A stretch of 60,826 bases of DNA, filler included. It is 6 parts of 6 records of this genome, joined end to end, with 100 filler letters (N's around TTAATTAATTAA, not from the genome) between each part and the next. Parts side by side here need not be neighbours in the genome. Positions count along the whole stretch, not along the records: positions 47,958 to 55,618 come from SRR2962707_2537; positions 55,719 to 60,826 come from SRR2962707_2547; 4 more parts are not named here. One strand, written 5' to 3'. Position numbers and translations under genes: made by a program. The notes under the pieces were generated by a model, which worked only from the letters and a program-made list of their open reading frames with translations, was not told the origin of the DNA and searched no databases. Of the stretch, positions 50,406 through 59,955 are shown in pieces. How positions within the stretch are numbered: the first letter of the stretch is position 1; every line of letters starts with the position of its first letter.

Positions 50406-51824
50406 TCAGAGAGAGTTCAGGAAATCCAGGAGTGCCTCCCGGTCTTCGACGGGCATCTGACGGTAACGTTCAGCAGCTGGCCCGGCCTCGCCTCCGTGCC
50501 AGAGCACGGCTTCTTCGAGTGTTCGCGCCCGCCCGTCGTGGAGGAACCCGGACTGCGGATTGACCCGTTGAGCCAGGCCGATTCCCCAGAGCGGGGGTGT
50601 CCGCCATTCGTTGCCGTTGGCCAGGAATTCATCCCGACCATCGGCAAGCGCCGGACCCATGTCATGCAGGAGCAGATCGGTATAGGGCCAGATGGTCTGG
50701 TTGCTGAGGTCGGGGCGGTCCGGGGCGATGCCGGTCGTGTGCCTTGGTGTATGGCAGCCGGCGCAGCCGGTTTCATTGAACAGTTCCGCACCTTGTTGAA
50801 CGGACTCATTGTCCAGGTCACGGCGTGCCGGTACTGCCAGGCTTTTGGCATAGAAGGTCACGAAGTTGCTCACCTTGTCGCTCACTTCGGGGCTGCCGCC
50901 GTTGGCGAAGCGCCCACAGTCCTGCTCGGGCGTACAATCGGTTGCCGGTTTGAGGGTGGACGTCAGCCCCATGTCTCCGGCAAACGCCCCCATACTTTGC
51001 TGATGAACGTTTGGTTCGGCGGCTTTCCAGCCAAATCGACCTGGCACGGTTTGCTGGCTGTCCAGGTCCCAGACTTGATTGAGTTTGCCGGAGAGGCCGT
51101 CGTTGTCCGTATCCTCCGGATCCGCCAGTGCCTGCAGGTCTTCAAGCGGTATGGCTTCCAGCAGACCCATGCCGATCATCTGCGGAGCCACCCGCGGAGA
51201 CACCAACAGGTCTTCCGGGAGTGGGCCATAGTTAGGGTTCTCGATCCGGTAGACCGGTTTTCGTAGTTCTATTTCGGTGCCGTCCGACAGCGTCTCTGTC
51301 ACCGATTCCCAGTCGATCACCAGATCGGCTTCAGGTTTGGCGGCCGGCAGGGCGGCGGTTTGCAACTGGCTGCCGTACACGGGGGCCGGTTTGAATCCGT
51401 GGGTCTTCAGGATATCCGCATCCTGCTCGGGATCGGCTGGCACGGCGAGGCGGAGGAACAGCGATATAGGTTTGTCGTCAGCGCCGGGAGGATGTCCACG
51501 GCCATCCTTTATGTGACAGCCCTGGCAGGAGTTGGTGTTGAACAGTGGCCCCAGTCCGTCGCGGGCATCCGTGCTGGCAGGGGCTTCGACCCAGGGGTTG
51601 CGGAAGAAACTGTTGCCGACACTGAAATCCAGGCGCCTGGTCATGGACAGGTTAGCCTGGGGCAGGGAATAGGCATTGTGATCGAACTGATCCACTGTGC
51701 CTTCGCCCCCCGTCTTGACCGTCGCCTGGATCGGATAAGGTTCCTGGGCGGCAGCCATGGCGAAGGCCGCTGCTACGGCCACTCCCGAAAACAAGGTCAG
51801 CAGTAGCAGGGGGCGTTGGCGCAT
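50406..51824 (-). CDS. di-haem oxidoreductase family protein (DUF1111)
   Basis: GLGPLFNTNSCQGCH and GCAGCH CxxCH motifs, GRFGWKA, TDLLLHDMG, WRTPPLWG, LHDGRAR. Confidence 0.92.
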   Translation of the reverse strand: MRQRPLLLLTLFSGVAVAAAFAMAAAQEPYPIQATVKTGGEGTVDQFDHNAYSLPQANLSMTRRLDFSVGNSFFRNPWVEAPASTDARDGLGPLFNTNSCQGCHIKDGRGHPPGADDKPISLFLRLAVPADPEQDADILKTHGFKPAPVYGSQLQTAALPAAKPEADLVIDWESVTETLSDGTEIELRKPVYRIENPNYGPLPEDLLVSPRVAPQMIGMGLLEAIPLEDLQALADPEDTDNDGLSGKLNQVWDLDSQQTVPGRFGWKAAEPNVHQQSMGAFAGDMGLTSTLKPATDCTPEQDCGRFANGGSPEVSDKVSNFVTFYAKSLAVPARRDLDNESVQQGAELFNETGCAGCHTPRHTTGIAPDRPDLSNQTIWPYTDLLLHDMGPALADGRDEFLANGNEWRTPPLWGIGLAQRVNPQSGFLHDGRARTLEEAVLWHGGEAGPAAERYRQMPVEDREALLDFLNSL

Positions 51825-51879
51825 GGTTTCTCTACAACATGTCGTTACTTTTTAGTGGGTCAGCCAGTTAGTGGGTAAG

Positions 51880-53208
51880 CTAGAAGGTATGGCCGGCGTC
51901 ATCAGGCTTGAGCGAGTCGATGCCCAGTTCGCGGGCGGCCTGTTCAATGGAACCGGTTTGTGCCACCAGCGCCATAATCGCGCCGTTTACGATCTCCGCG
52001 CCTTTCTCATTGCCTGGCGCGATCATCATATCGAATTTCATCGGCTCTGACTCGGCTTCGGCACTGGATTTCATGGTTTGCAGCGCCCTCATCGACTCTT
52101 CGAACTGCTGGCTCAGTGTCTCGTTCAGTTCCGGGTTGAGCTCGGCAACCAGATCGGACAGGGAAGGACCGGTCAGTTCAGAACCGTCAATCCGGGTGTA
52201 GCTGCCGGAGTAGATGTTGGCCACGCCCTGGCCGTTGTAGTAATGGGAGTTGTGGGTGTTGTCGCTGAAGCAGTCGTGCTCATCCTCGTAGGAATTGGCT
52301 TCCAGGGCGACTTTCATGCGCTCACCGGCAAGCTCACCCAGAGACAGGGAGCCCATGCCGAAGAACATTTTCTGGATGGCGGCGTCCGGTGCTTCGGCGA
52401 GCAGCTGGGAGCGGTAGTTGTCTTCCTGGCCGGGTGCCCATTGTGCAACCATCCATTCGAGATCGGTGATCAACAGATCGGTCGCGGCATCCAGGTAGGC
52501 GGCGCGGCGGTCGCAATTGCCATGGGTGCACTCCTCGCCCTGGGCGTAGTCCGTCGCAGGACGCTGTCCGGCGCCGCGATCGAAGCCGTGCAGGTCCTGG
52601 CCCCACAGCAGGAATTCAATGGCATGGTATCCGGTGGCCACGTTGGCCTCCGAGCCTCCGATTTCGTTCAGCTCCGCCAGCAGGTCTGGTGTCAGGCTGG
52701 AAGCGTCGACCGTCGTGCCACCAATATTGATTTCCGTGCTGGCAACAATGTTTGCCGTAGCGCCCTCGTTGCCCAATTCGTACTGGTAGCCGTCTTCCTT
52801 TACGTAATCGATCAGGCCTTCGTCCAGCGGCCAGGCATTCAGTTGCCCTTCCCAGTCATCAACCACGGCGTTACCAAAGCGGAACACCTCAGTCTGCTGA
52901 TAGGGCACCCGGGAAGCCAGCCAGGCCTGTTTTGCCTTTTGCAGATTTTCTTCGGTCGGGCTTTCCAGGAAGGTGTCTATTGTGCTGTCGAGGGACTGTG
53001 CGGCGGTCAGTGCGTCTTCAAAGTTTGCATGGGCCAGGTCGGCGTAGTGTTCCACGACATCGGATTTGCTGATGGCTTCTGCTGCCGCCGGCTCTTCGGC
53101 TGCCGAGGATGTGGATGCGGTTTCGTCGCCGCTACTGCAGGCCGTCAGTAGCGTCGCGGAGATAGCGAACGCCAGGGGAATGCGTGATGCGTTTGAGAGC
53201 AGGGCCAT
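51880..53208 (-). CDS. imelysin/IrpA-IcmP-like iron-regulated lipoprotein
   Basis: Lipobox LTAC, LNAWPLDEGLIDY, ATGYHAIEFLLWGQD, ELAGERM, EDEHDCFSDNT. Confidence 0.92.
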   Translation of the reverse strand: MALLSNASRIPLAFAISATLLTACSSGDETASTSSAAEEPAAAEAISKSDVVEHYADLAHANFEDALTAAQSLDSTIDTFLESPTEENLQKAKQAWLASRVPYQQTEVFRFGNAVVDDWEGQLNAWPLDEGLIDYVKEDGYQYELGNEGATANIVASTEINIGGTTVDASSLTPDLLAELNEIGGSEANVATGYHAIEFLLWGQDLHGFDRGAGQRPATDYAQGEECTHGNCDRRAAYLDAATDLLITDLEWMVAQWAPGQEDNYRSQLLAEAPDAAIQKMFFGMGSLSLGELAGERMKVALEANSYEDEHDCFSDNTHNSHYYNGQGVANIYSGSYTRIDGSELTGPSLSDLVAELNPELNETLSQQFEESMRALQTMKSSAEAESEPMKFDMMIAPGNEKGAEIVNGAIMALVAQTGSIEQAARELGIDSLKPDDAGHTF

Positions 53209-53240
53209 TTCGATGTCCTTTCGCTGTTAATTAAATAAAA

Positions 53241-53309
53241 CGTATTGTTATTCGCATTATAGAGAGCGGGTGGGCGGTTGCAACGAATGTGAGAATGATT
53301 TTCAATTTT
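53241..53309 (-). promoter_or_regulatory. Fur-box-like sites upstream of the imelysin cluster
   Basis: GAGAATGATTTTCAATTTT (53291-53309, 13/19 to GATAATGATAATCATTATC) and a weaker ATAATGCGAATAACAAT on the minus strand (53244-53260). Confidence 0.7.
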
Positions 53310-53395
53310 GTTGACTTGGCTGGGGATAGTTAGAAATGTTTGCCAACTCTGCTCCTGCTGTAGCCTAATGGTGCCCCTTTCGTCAGGAGTCCGTA

Positions 53396-54238
53396 ATGCT
53401 GAGTTACCTCCACGCGTTTCATGCCGGTAATTTTGCCGATGTTCACAAGCACGCTGCCTTAACGCTTGCGGTCAGGATGATGCAGGCCAAATCGTCTGCT
53501 ATCGCCTGCTTCGATACTCATGCCGGTAGTGCCAGCTACGATCTTGCGGGAGATAGGGCGCTTAAAACCGGTGAAGCCGCTGCAGGGATCCAGAAGGTTT
53601 GGCCACTTCGAGCCGAGCTGCATTCCGACGACTGGCAGGCCGTCCTGGCTGGGTTGGCCTCGGGGGAGGGGAAGGACGGGCAATTGGCGAGCTATCCGGG
53701 GTCGCCGCGCTGGTTCCTCCGTTACCTGCGGGAGCAGGACACCCTGACCGCCTTCGAGTTGCACCCCGCCGAAGGCGAAACCCTGGGGCAGTGGGCTGCC
53801 GGGCATTCCCGGGTCAAGGTCTTTCAGGAGGATGGATTAAAGGGGTTGCTTCGCCATCTGCCGCCCAGGCAACCAAGGTTGCTGGTGCTGACGGACCCTT
53901 CATACGAGATCAAAAGCGACTATGAAGAAGTGGCGAACACCTTGGCGCGAGCGTGGCAGAAATGCCGTCATGGCGTGTATCTGATCTGGTATCCGATTCT
54001 GGCGGGTTTCCCCCACAAGCGATTAAAGGATGCGGTGTCTGATGGGCCCGTGCGCAAGGTGTTGTGCAGCGAAGTTGCACTCAACCGGGCCCCGCAACGT
54101 GGAATGTCCGGGTCCGGAGTGCTGGTGGTGAACCCGCCCTGGGGATTCGACACCCGGCTTGCGGAGATGATGGATACGGTTTCCGGTGATCGCTGTCTGG
54201 GCCTGTCATCGAACAGCAGCTGGCTGGTGCCTGAATAG
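53396..54238 (+). CDS. rlmJ: 23S rRNA m6A2030 methyltransferase
   Basis: MLSYLHAFHAGNFADVHKH, DTHAG, YPGSP, ELHP, DPSYE, IWYPI, VNPPW. Confidence 0.95.
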   Translation: MLSYLHAFHAGNFADVHKHAALTLAVRMMQAKSSAIACFDTHAGSASYDLAGDRALKTGEAAAGIQKVWPLRAELHSDDWQAVLAGLASGEGKDGQLASYPGSPRWFLRYLREQDTLTAFELHPAEGETLGQWAAGHSRVKVFQEDGLKGLLRHLPPRQPRLLVLTDPSYEIKSDYEEVANTLARAWQKCRHGVYLIWYPILAGFPHKRLKDAVSDGPVRKVLCSEVALNRAPQRGMSGSGVLVVNPPWGFDTRLAEMMDTVSGDRCLGLSSNSSWLVPE

Positions 54239-54240
54239 CG

Positions 54241-55332
54241 CTATTGGGCGGTCGTATCCGTTGCTGGTATTGCGGACTCTGTTGTGCTGACCATTGTCAG
54301 GAGTTGGTCCAGGATGGCTGCTCCACGCTCACCAGCCATACGTATATAGGCCTTGCGGGCCGGCCGGCTGGCCTCACGGAAGCGGTCCCGCTCCTCCTCG
54401 GTCAATTCAACCACACGGATGCTGCTGTTTTCCTTGATGGTATCGAGACGGCTTGCATTGAGTTCAGCCTGTACCTCGTAAGCCAGCGGTGCGATCTCAT
54501 CCATAGCATCTTCCAGCCAGAGTTTCTGGTCTTCGGGAAGGGCGTCAAACCACGACGTATTGGAAACCACGGAGGTGACAAATTGGGCAGGTCTGGCAAA
54601 CGTCATCACACCCTGGACTTCATAGAATCCCATCTCTTCAATGGCGAAAACAGGGTTGGCCTGCCCGTCAATGCGGCGTAACTGAAGGTCGCTGTAGACC
54701 TGCGAAAAAGGAACCTGGCTGGTTGTCGCGCCATAGGTTTTATAGGTCTCTTCAGCGATGTCCGACGTCATGGTGCGGATAGTGAGTCCGTCGAAGTCCG
54801 CGGGGCTCCGCAAGGGCTTGTTGGCGGTCCAGACCATCCAACCCTCAGGTACGAAACCATGAAGCTTGAGGCCCTGCTCCTCGTAAGGCTCGTGGAACAG
54901 TTGCTTCAAATCATCGCTGGCAAGGACGCCACGATTCACCTCTTCGTCATCAGACAACAGATAATGGAGGGTGAACACGCCCACCTCGGGAATAACGTTG
55001 GCCAGGTGGCCGGGGGAGGCGAAAGCGAGATGGACGGAGCCTTCCCGGGCCAGATCCGTCAGTTGGAGTGACGTGCCAATAGAGCCATAGGGAAAAACAT
55101 CAACGAGGATGTTGCCATCAGAGATACGCTCGATACGGTCCTTGAATTCAAGGGCATAACGGTGTTGGACGCTGCCTTCAATTTCCTCAAGGGCAAAGCG
55201 CCAGGTAACGGGGTAGGATGGCTTCTCATCATTGTCACCGCTGGACACCGGTGCGGGGCTGTCTGAACATCCTGCCAGGACAAGCATAACCGTCAAGAGC
55301 AATGGGGTTAGCCCGCGGCAGAATCTTCGCAT
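54241..55332 (-). CDS. dctP: TRAP transporter substrate-binding protein (DctP, TeaA-like), lipoprotein
   Basis: LVLAGC lipobox; WRFALEEIEGSVQ, EGWMVWTAN, IRTM, VYSDLQ, GQANP, GFYEVQ. Confidence 0.88.
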   Translation of the reverse strand: MRRFCRGLTPLLLTVMLVLAGCSDSPAPVSSGDNDEKPSYPVTWRFALEEIEGSVQHRYALEFKDRIERISDGNILVDVFPYGSIGTSLQLTDLAREGSVHLAFASPGHLANVIPEVGVFTLHYLLSDDEEVNRGVLASDDLKQLFHEPYEEQGLKLHGFVPEGWMVWTANKPLRSPADFDGLTIRTMTSDIAEETYKTYGATTSQVPFSQVYSDLQLRRIDGQANPVFAIEEMGFYEVQGVMTFARPAQFVTSVVSNTSWFDALPEDQKLWLEDAMDEIAPLAYEVQAELNASRLDTIKENSSIRVVELTEEERDRFREASRPARKAYIRMAGERGAAILDQLLTMVSTTESAIPATDTTAQ

Positions 55333-55422
55333 GGTTTGTCTCCATTGGTCTCTACAAAATCATGCCGACAAGATACCACAATCAACGTTGATTATGGCCA
55401 TCGCGACCTCGTTTGCAGAATC

Positions 55423-55448
55423 AAAAAGGCCCTGCAATAGCAGGGCCT
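55423..55448 (-). terminator. intrinsic terminator
   Basis: Minus strand AGGCCCTGC-TATT-GCAGGGCCT-TTTT. Confidence 0.85.
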
Positions 55449-55473
55449 GAAGCAACCAATGTGGGGAAGCCGC

Positions 55474-55618
55474 TTACATCAGTGCATCAACGCGATTCCG
55501 AACCTGAGGTTCACTGTTGTAAGCGGTGGCGATGGAATTGTAGGTGGGGATATCCATGCCGGAATCCTCAATCACTGTGACCATTTCATCGTTGGCTTCC
55601 ATCTGCAGTTCCTGGGCC
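55474..55618 (-). CDS. 3' end of DUF4168-like protein (partial)
   Basis: AQELQMEANDEMVTVIEDSGMDIPTYNSIATAYNSEPQVRNRVDALM*; not in the ORF track. Confidence 0.65.
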
Positions 55619-55718
55619 NNNNNNNNNNNNNNNNNNNNNNNNNNNNNNNNNNNNNNNNNNNNTTAATTAATTAANNNNNNNNNNNNNNNNNNNNNNNNNN
55701 NNNNNNNNNNNNNNNNNN
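55619..55718. other. artificial contig linker
   Basis: N44-TTAATTAATTAA-N44. Confidence 0.99.
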
Positions 55719-56117
55719 AGCGTGCCGGTGAACATGCTGGTGAAGGTGGCAGGAACGCCGATGGAAAATGTGGAAGATCTGGACCCGTTCGACTTTATCC
55801 GCACCATCGCTGTTGCTCGGATCATGATGCCTGCCTCGCACGTGCGATTGTCTGCGGGCCGTGAAAATATGAATGAGCAGATGCAGTCCCTGTGCTTCCT
55901 GGCTGGTGCGAACTCGATTTTCTATGGCGAGAAGCTGCTGACGACCGCCAACCCCGAGGCGGATGCGGACCGCGAGTTGTTCAAGCGTCTGGGCATTCGG
56001 CCTGAAGAGCGCGAGCAGTCCTGCACCGAACAGGAAGCGGAAGAAGCTATCGTTGAAGCGGTCGAATACGAACAGACCCGTCACATGTTCTACGATGCCA
56101 CCCGTGAGTCTGCATAG
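55719..56117 (+). CDS. bioB: biotin synthase, 3' part
   Basis: [45 protein letters not shown]. Confidence 0.96.
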   Translation, partial: SVPVNMLVKVAGTPMENVEDLDPFDFIRTIAVARIMMPASHVRLSAGRENMNEQMQSLCFLAGANSIFYGEKLLTTANPEADADRELFKRLGIRPEEREQSCTEQEAEEAIVEAVEYEQTRHMFYDATRESA

Positions 56118-56145
56118 GCAGACAGCATGTCTGTGAGGGCTGGCC

Positions 56146-57324
56146 ATGCGTGACTTTGCAGCAGAGCTGGAAGAGCGAAAACAGGCGGGGCTTTACCGCA
56201 CCCGCCGCCAGATCAGCGGCCCCCAGCAGCCCGCGTTGGTTTCCGATGGCGTGCCGCTACTGTCGTTCTGCAGCAACGATTACCTGGGGCTGGCGAATCA
56301 CCCCGGGATTATCAAGGCTGCCACTGAGGCCATGCCAAACACCGGTTTTGGCGGCGCCGCTTCGCATCTGATTTGCGGTCACCACGATGCCCACCACCAA
56401 CTGGAACTGCGGCTAGCGGAATTTACCCGCCGCAGTGCTGCGCTGTTTTTTTCGACCGGCTACATGGCCAATATGGGCGTTATCTCTGCGCTGGCTGGCC
56501 GTGGCGATACCATCTTCTCTGATCGCCTGAACCATGCCTCCATCATCGATGGTTGTGTTCTCAGCCGCGCCAGGGTGCGTCGTTATCGCCACGGTGATAT
56601 GAGTGCCCTGGCTGACATGCTTGCCGCTACCGGTGGCCACAAGTTGGTGGTGACAGACGGCGTATTCAGCATGGATGGGGATATCGCGCCATTGAGGGAG
56701 TTGGCGGCACTGTGCCGGGCGCACGAGGCCCTTCTGGTGGTGGATGACGCCCATGGTTTGGGCGTCCTGGGGCCTCAGGGGCGGGGCAGCCTGATGGAGC
56801 AGGGATTGTCCGAGGAGGACGTGCCCATATTGATCGGCACCCTGGGCAAGGCTGTGGGCACCAGTGGCGCCTTTGTGGCTGGCCCCCAGCTGTTGATGGA
56901 TTACCTGGTACAGAAGGCCCGCACCTATATCTACACCACCGCCATGCCTCCGGCCATCGCTCTGGCCACCTGTGCCAGCTTTGACCTGATCGAACGGGAA
57001 GATAGCCGTCGCAGTCACCTGCAGATGCTGATCTCAGAGTTTCGCCAGGAGGCATCGGCACTGGGCTATGAGTTGATGCCATCGCGCACACCAATTCAGC
57101 CAATCTTGGTGGGCGACAACTGGGCAGCCCTGGCATTGAGTCAGGCCCTGGAGGAGAGGGGGCTAATGGTTACGGCGATCAGGCCGCCGACTGTGCCGGA
57201 AGGCCAAGCTCGTTTGCGGGTCACCTTCAGCGCTGCGCACTCTTCGGAAGACCTGGCAACGTTGCTGTCCGCATTGGCGGACTGCCGTTCACTACTGAAC
57301 AGGCCCTCTGCAGAGGTGGTATGA
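56146..57324 (+). CDS. bioF: 8-amino-7-oxononanoate synthase
   Basis: FCSNDYLGL, DRLNHASIIDG, FSMDGD, DDAHG, GTLGKA, AIRPPTVP. Confidence 0.97.
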   Translation: MRDFAAELEERKQAGLYRTRRQISGPQQPALVSDGVPLLSFCSNDYLGLANHPGIIKAATEAMPNTGFGGAASHLICGHHDAHHQLELRLAEFTRRSAALFFSTGYMANMGVISALAGRGDTIFSDRLNHASIIDGCVLSRARVRRYRHGDMSALADMLAATGGHKLVVTDGVFSMDGDIAPLRELAALCRAHEALLVVDDAHGLGVLGPQGRGSLMEQGLSEEDVPILIGTLGKAVGTSGAFVAGPQLLMDYLVQKARTYIYTTAMPPAIALATCASFDLIEREDSRRSHLQMLISEFRQEASALGYELMPSRTPIQPILVGDNWAALALSQALEERGLMVTAIRPPTVPEGQARLRVTFSAAHSSEDLATLLSALADCRSLLNRPSAEVV

Positions 57325-58073
57325 ACGCTGTGGAATCACGAATCCCGCTGGTGGTTGTGGGTGGTTGGGGTGTCGATGCCGCCATGTTGCTTCCGTTGTT
57401 TGATCGTTGGCCAGGGGAGATTCATCTGATATCGCTGAACGACGCCCTGATGTCCCGATGCGACTCGATCACGGGGGTGGCGGATTATCTGCTGGAGCGT
57501 TATCCGTGCCCGTCAGTTTGGGCGGGTTGGTCCCAGGGGGCGCAGGTGGTAATGGCGGCTGCCTCACGCAGTTGTCCCCAGGTCCGCAAGGCAATCACTC
57601 TGGCGGGGTTTCCCCGCTTTGTGGCTGGGGAGCAGTGGTCCACAGGGATGGAAGTGGATACTTTTGAGACATTCCGGGAACAGGTGTCGCAAAACGCCGG
57701 CCTTGCCTGGCGGCGCTTTCAGCGACTTTTGATTCACGGCAGCTATGATGAGTCGCAAGCCCGGCAGGAACTGCGCCCCTGGCTTGCGCGAGGGCCTTCT
57801 GTCAGCGACGTGAACCTGGTTCGGGGCCTGGACTGGTTGGGCAGCGAAGATCAGCGGTCTCTGTGGGGTGCTTTACCAGTGCCGACGCTGCATCTTCAGG
57901 CGAGCAACGATGTGGTCGTTGAATGTTGGGAGCACTCGTTTCATCCGTCTCCAGCCGCCAAGGTCGTTAGGGTAACCGGTATGACCCATTGGCCTCGAGG
58001 GCAGGCGCTTTCGCGTTGCCATGACGAAATCCTTCAGTTTGTTTTCGGCAAGGAGGTTGAATGGACCCTGTAA
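57321..58073 (+). CDS. bioH: pimeloyl-ACP methyl ester esterase (BioH-like)
   Basis: GWG, GWSQG, NDVVV and THWP triad; lies between bioF and bioC. Confidence 0.8.
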   Translation: MNAVESRIPLVVVGGWGVDAAMLLPLFDRWPGEIHLISLNDALMSRCDSITGVADYLLERYPCPSVWAGWSQGAQVVMAAASRSCPQVRKAITLAGFPRFVAGEQWSTGMEVDTFETFREQVSQNAGLAWRRFQRLLIHGSYDESQARQELRPWLARGPSVSDVNLVRGLDWLGSEDQRSLWGALPVPTLHLQASNDVVVECWEHSFHPSPAAKVVRVTGMTHWPRGQALSRCHDEILQFVFGKEVEWTL

Positions 58074-58885
58074 CATCCAATATCCACGACTGGGTGCCCC
58101 CGAAATCCACAATTGCCCGCGATTTCGGCTCAGCTTCCCATACCTACAATCCCGCTGCCCGGCTGCAGCGCTATATGGGCCAGGTCTTGCTGGACCAGTT
58201 GAAGGAAGGGCTGCATCAGGCCCAAAGCGCAGATGGACTCCAGATACTCGATCTGGGTAGCGGCACTGGGTGGTTTACAGGGCAGTTGGCGTCGATTCCG
58301 GGGAGCCAGGTGACTGGCGTTGATATTGCTGCGGGAATGCTTCGTTACGCCCGATCTGCCAACCCGAGCGGCATTCGGTGGATCGAGGCGGATGCCGAGG
58401 CGTTGCCGTTGCCGGATAACAGTGTGGACGTGGTCTTCAGCAATTTGATGATTCAGTGGTGCCGTGACCCGGCCGGTGTGCTTGCTGAATGCCGCCGGGT
58501 TCTGCGCCCAGGCGGTCGGCTACTGGTGTCGACATTGCTGGAGGGTACCCTTGACGAACTTCGGGAAGCATGGCACCGGGCAGACCCCGGGCACCAGCAT
58601 GTGAATCGTTTTGAATCGGAAGCGCGTTTTCGGGAGCAGGCATTTGAAACGCTCCCGGATCCGCAACTTGCGATCGAGACCATTTCACTGGATTATCCCT
58701 CGCCGCTGGCTCTGTTGGCGGAGCTCAAGGCTATCGGCGCCGGGTACAAAGGCGCCTCGCGGCGGCAAAGCGCGACCGCGCCTGGCCGTTTGCGGGCCAT
58801 GTGCCGTTATTATCCGCGAGACGGGGAACGCCGGATACAGGCCACTTACACATCGGCATGGCTGGGTTGCCGTCTGCCGGACTGA
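58061..58885 (+). CDS. bioC: malonyl-ACP O-methyltransferase
   Basis: ARLQR, LDLGSGTG, DAEALP, SNLMIQW, TLDELREAW, HVNRF. Confidence 0.95.
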   Translation: MDPVTSNIHDWVPPKSTIARDFGSASHTYNPAARLQRYMGQVLLDQLKEGLHQAQSADGLQILDLGSGTGWFTGQLASIPGSQVTGVDIAAGMLRYARSANPSGIRWIEADAEALPLPDNSVDVVFSNLMIQWCRDPAGVLAECRRVLRPGGRLLVSTLLEGTLDELREAWHRADPGHQHVNRFESEARFREQAFETLPDPQLAIETISLDYPSPLALLAELKAIGAGYKGASRRQSATAPGRLRAMCRYYPRDGERRIQATYTSAWLGCRLPD

Positions 58886-58904
58886 CATGGGGATTCATTG
58901 ATCT

Positions 58905-59597
58905 ATGGCCAGAAAGAGTTACTTTGTGACGGGTACCGACACCGGCGTGGGGAAAACGCTGGTGTCTGCTGCGATTCTTGAGGCGGCCGCTACCCTGGGG
59001 AAGAAAACGCTTGCGATGAAACCAGTGGCGTCTGGTTGCGACGAAACACCGGAGGGGCTGCGCAATGAAGATGCGCTGATACTGATGGAGTCCATGTCGG
59101 AACCGTTTCCTTACGATCAGGTGAACCCGGTAGCCTTACAGCCCGCCATCGCGCCCCATGTGGCAGCTGCCCAGGCGGGTCGGCACCTCACGGCGGAACG
59201 GCTGGTCGGATTTTGCCGCGGGTTGCAGATGCGTCCCGCGGATTTACTGTTGGTGGAGGGTGCCGGCGGCTGGCGGGTACCACTCAATGATCGTGAAACC
59301 TACGCCGCCATGCCTGTCGCTCTGGGTATGCCTGTCATTATGGTGGTACCCCTGAAACTGGGCTGTATCAACCATGCACTGTTAACCGCTGAAGCTATCC
59401 GCCGTGATGGCTTGCCTGTCGCAGGCTGGGTGGCCAATCGGCCGGACCCCGCGGCCATGAACTGTGAGCAGGAAACCCTCGATTATCTGATTCAGAACCT
59501 GCCCGCGCCATGCCTGGGGGTGTTGCCATGGCAGAAGCGTGCCGACCCGAAGGAGCTGGCCGAAGCCCTGGATGTTGCCGTTTTGTTTGAAAATTGA
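58905..59597 (+). CDS. bioD: dethiobiotin synthase
   Basis: FVTGTDTGVGKT, KPVASG, VEGAGG, LGCINHALLT. Confidence 0.97.
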   Translation: MARKSYFVTGTDTGVGKTLVSAAILEAAATLGKKTLAMKPVASGCDETPEGLRNEDALILMESMSEPFPYDQVNPVALQPAIAPHVAAAQAGRHLTAERLVGFCRGLQMRPADLLLVEGAGGWRVPLNDRETYAAMPVALGMPVIMVVPLKLGCINHALLTAEAIRRDGLPVAGWVANRPDPAAMNCEQETLDYLIQNLPAPCLGVLPWQKRADPKELAEALDVAVLFEN

Positions 59598-59648
59598 CCA
59601 AATTTGTGGCTTACTGGTGTCAATATATGGTCATTGGGCTGCGCGGTT

Positions 59649-59894
59649 ATGATCAGCAATACATTAGGCATTGGTATTCAGGGTATCCAGGACGGCATGC
59701 AAGGCATGGAAAATGCCGCCCGCAGGATTGCCCGTGGCGGTGTTGATGGCCCCCAGGGCACGGCAGAAGGTGTCGGTGGCCTCGTGGAACCGATCATTGA
59801 TCTGAAACTGTACGAGCGCAGCGTTGAAGCCTCGGCCCAGGTAGTGAAAACCGCCGACGAAACCCTGGGAACGCTTCTGGATATTACTGCCTGA
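59649..59894 (+). CDS. small protein with flagellar basal-body rod C-terminal-like motif
   Basis: GIQGIQ...AARRIAR...SVEASAQVVKTADETLGTLLDITA. Confidence 0.75.
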   Translation: MISNTLGIGIQGIQDGMQGMENAARRIARGGVDGPQGTAEGVGGLVEPIIDLKLYERSVEASAQVVKTADETLGTLLDITA

Positions 59895-59955
59895 ACCCTC
59901 TCAGGGCGTCCGAGCCCTGTTCAGGTCCTTTGGATTCGACGGCCAGTCTGCTGAC

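Noticed and set aside
15178-55718. Recurring TTAATTAATTAA motif flanked by N runs, and any gene neighbourhood spanning it
   Set aside because: Identical 100-nt artificial spacers; the flanks come from different organisms, so cross-linker adjacency (for example bacteria-eukaryote transfer) has no biological meaning.
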